From positions 38,874,001-38,938,000 of the forward strand of contig NC_134482.1 of NCBI RefSeq assembly GCF_964194025.1: 64,000 nucleotides of DNA, written 5' to 3'. This DNA comes from Convolutriloba macropyga. Lineage: Eukaryota. Below, one piece after another: positions 62,642-64,000 of the stretch. The position numbers and the translations under genes are program-made. The notes beneath the pieces are model-generated. The model saw only the letters and a program-made list of their open reading frames with translations, made no database searches and was not told the DNA's origin. How positions within the stretch are numbered: position 1 is the first letter of the stretch; every line of letters starts with the position of its first letter.

Positions 62642-64000
62642 GATAAATATGGTTGATTGAAGATACCTAATTGTTCTCTTGAGTCTTTCCTTGAATAAAT
62701 CAACCCCCCCTCCCCTCCCCCAGGTTAGTGGTCATATAAGGTATAGGTAGCTCCCCTCTCACCCTCAATTCACATTACTCTATAAGCTAGGCTATAATAT
62801 TGTGGAGGGGGGGGGGGTCTATAATGGGAAAGACCCGTTTCGTCTTACTGTAACAAAAAGTATGAATTGAAAGTGTTCAGATTAAACTAAACCTTTAAAT
62901 AGTTAAAAGTAAAGAAGTCAAAAGAGTTTAAGTGAAAGTACTCCCTCGCAAAACTTGTAAATGTTTCCTGCTGCAGACGCTTGAGCGGAAAAGTTCTAAC
63001 AAATTATAATAACCAGAAGAATTTAATCTGATCTCAGTTTGAATTGAGGAATTTATGTTAGCTGTTGGTTTCCTAGTTTCGTTCAAAATGTTGAACAAGC
63101 TGTTTTGTAAGACCATGCGATATCAATTTCTTTCACGTTTACACGAAATGGGTCTTTGAGTGGGGTTTTGATTCTACTTGTTCCAGAAATTTTGCAATTC
63201 AGCAACCTTCAACATTTTGGCGTGTCTCGTAATACTTTCCAATTATCAGAAAAAAGTATTCATGTATTTTTCCAGCAAGCAAAATGCTCTAAAATCTATT
63301 CAAACGATATGGAATAATTAAACAAAATTATTTTCTACCAGTAAACATTAGAGTTCCAATCCTTGCCCCCCCCCCCCCCCCCCCCCCCCACAGCTAATTA
63401 TGGGCATATAACTTTACGCCCCTCAGGTGGACATGCTTTTTTTACATAGCAGCGTGCTATATATGCGCACAAAAATTGTGATAGGGGTAATTTATTGGAC
63501 ATTAAAAATCCTGGGGGGGGAGTCATTCGCAATTTGACTAAACGAAGGGGTAGATGCCGAAAATTGTGATCTACAAGTCATTGAAGTGTACTTAGGTATC
63601 TTCCGTAAAATCTTCAGAAGGTACTTACTAAAATAGTCCACAGATTTGTCATTGAAACGGGATTAGGAATTTCATAGTTTTCTAGTAATAATAATGATCA
63701 GGTTAAATCGATAATAAAAAAATATGGAAATTACTGATAAATCTGCAAAACTTAATAATAACCCGGACCTGAGTCTAATGATATTTCAGTACTAAATCAT
63801 AAAAGTTTCGTTATGATTTTTACTATGGCCAAAGTTCTGATCACGACACTTTATAGACATTTCACAGTGTTTTTCATGGTAAAATTCTGAATTTTTTTCT
63901 GAAAATATGAGCTTCAATTCTGTGAATACTATAGACATTATGAACTTTTTGGCTGTATTTGGACTGAGCAGTTTAAAAAATTGCCATCAGAAAAACCCAA

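Noticed and set aside
15902-62660. Plus-strand ORFs antisense to SDR exons (15902, 20283, 36619, 40355, 44225, 52255, 62472)
   Set aside because: Shadow ORFs of the real minus-strand SDR exons.

Overview
AT-rich, repeat-dense eukaryotic (probably invertebrate animal) DNA; not prokaryotic, and no CRISPR, rRNA or tRNA was found. Left quarter (1-15.6 kb): a ~9.2 kb array of 156-160 bp monomers whose conserved core folds into G.U-tolerant hairpins on the + strand only, directly followed by a small spliced SGNH/GDSL hydrolase gene with all four catalytic blocks, two assembly gaps and four more stacked tandem arrays. The rest is a minus-strand tandem cluster of four classical short-chain dehydrogenase/reductase (SDR) paralogs. 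Three are complete (exons 196/369/221 nt, ~261 aa); the fourth is represented only by exon 1. Their large introns hold a decayed Ty3/Gypsy element, a 5.4 kb segmental duplication, MITEs and a twister-ribozyme-like fragment. Main result: the SDR reading frames only close if the last intron of all three complete paralogs is a non-canonical GG-AG intron. Each of these introns lacks a polypyrimidine tract and has inverted repeats pairing its two ends. One paralog has gained an extra GA-AG intron that is exactly a 340 bp TIR element plus one copy of an 8 bp TSD (introner-like). This points to a second, possibly structure-guided and transposon-derived, intron class alongside ordinary GT-AG introns. 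Gene models are inferred from sequence alone, without transcript data.
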